Below, piece by piece: positions 63,302-64,000 of a DNA stretch of 64,000 bases. This DNA is from Selaginella moellendorffii (Eukaryota > Plantae > Lycopodiophyta): contig NW_003314349.1 of NCBI RefSeq assembly GCF_000143415.4, positions 257,172 to 321,171 on the forward strand, read 5' to 3'. The notes below the pieces were generated by a model. It ran no database searches and was not told the DNA's origin. It saw only the letters and a list, made by a program, of their open reading frames with translations. Positions within the stretch are counted from its first letter, which is position 1, and each line of letters opens with the position of its first letter. The position numbers and the translations under genes were made by a program.

Positions 63302-64000
63302 GTTCGCCTCATCCCGTGCACATGCATGTGTATAGCCATTGCCATAAAGAATATAAATTGGCTCTGTCGCACGACGCAAGTGTAGACGGCAACGTGTGGC
63401 AATAGGTTGAGCAATAGAAGATAAGTTTGAACTTGTATCAATAAACACGAAGAGAATAATAGGAGATATTTTGTTATAAAAATGAACTTGGAAAGTAAAC
63501 ACTGGATGAATTGGTGCCAAGTGAACCCCTTGATGATACTCTTGAAAGAAAGATAGAGGGGTCACTGACTTATTTGCACAAGGTCCCTCCATTACTCATG
63601 CAACTCTTCATTTCCCGAATGCATCTTGGTGTCTAGGCCTTCCACGGCACCAACAGGACGTTGTTGATGCCAAGGTCTCCACCTAGGAAATGGAGGTCAC
63701 CAATCTGGAAAATGCCGACAATGCCGATAAGTGTGACCAACTTCATCACATGCCCAACAGTGAATATCACGGCCACAACCACGTCCTTGCCCTTGTCCTT
63801 GGACTCGAGCAATAACAACATCAACCTCCATTGGAACAGGACCATTGCCTATAGGAAGTGGAGCAAAAGGACATGCAACGAGAAGTGGAAGAGACGACGT
63901 CTCATAATGTTGTGCTAGGCGAAGAGCGTCATCAAGGGTGGCTGGAACAAGTGCATGCACAAGTCCAACAAAATCTTGATGAAGTGTTGGCCACAACATT

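Larger units (their letters stand above)
59460..64000 (-). mobile_element. Second Gypsy nested in the RT of the first; 3' LTR 59460-59635; gag knuckle, protease, RT, RNase H, integrase, with stops and frameshifts; runs off the window
   Basis: LTR TGTGAG...CTCACA after PPT agaggagggg. [52 protein letters not shown]...FIDD, NYSTIDEECLA, FDLMGPFP, TSVYHPQSD. Confidence 0.92.

Overview
This is eukaryotic plant nuclear DNA. The compact genes with ~50-60 bp GT-AG introns suggest a Selaginella-type lycophyte (inference). The backbone is a tandemly duplicated, TE-riddled cluster: half-size ABCG transporter (1 pseudogene, 2 apparently intact), family-1 UDP-glycosyltransferase (2 copies) and PLP-dependent class-V aminotransferase/cysteine-desulfurase-like gene (2 copies plus 2 fragments). 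Around these lie Copia, Gypsy, TRIM and 5S-containing Cassandra-like retroelements. The standout is a 20-kb DNA transposon (27736-47752) with a perfect 8-bp TSD (CTCCTCTT) and short TIRs built on TGAGCTCA palindromes. It encodes a 4-exon Mutator-like DDE transposase (GCM-like, MULE and SWIM domains). Divergently, it encodes a 9-exon ~1060-aa protein fusing a ParB/Srx-like domain to a prokaryote-type beta-class N4C/N6A DNA methyltransferase fold. It also carries two paralogous small zinc-finger ORFs resembling the zf-XS finger of SGS3/IDN2. This copy is dead: 10 in-frame stops, all compatible with C-to-T decay, and no frameshifts. It hosts a nested 7.5-kb non-autonomous LTR element. All domain calls come from motif recognition by eye and need HMM or structure confirmation.
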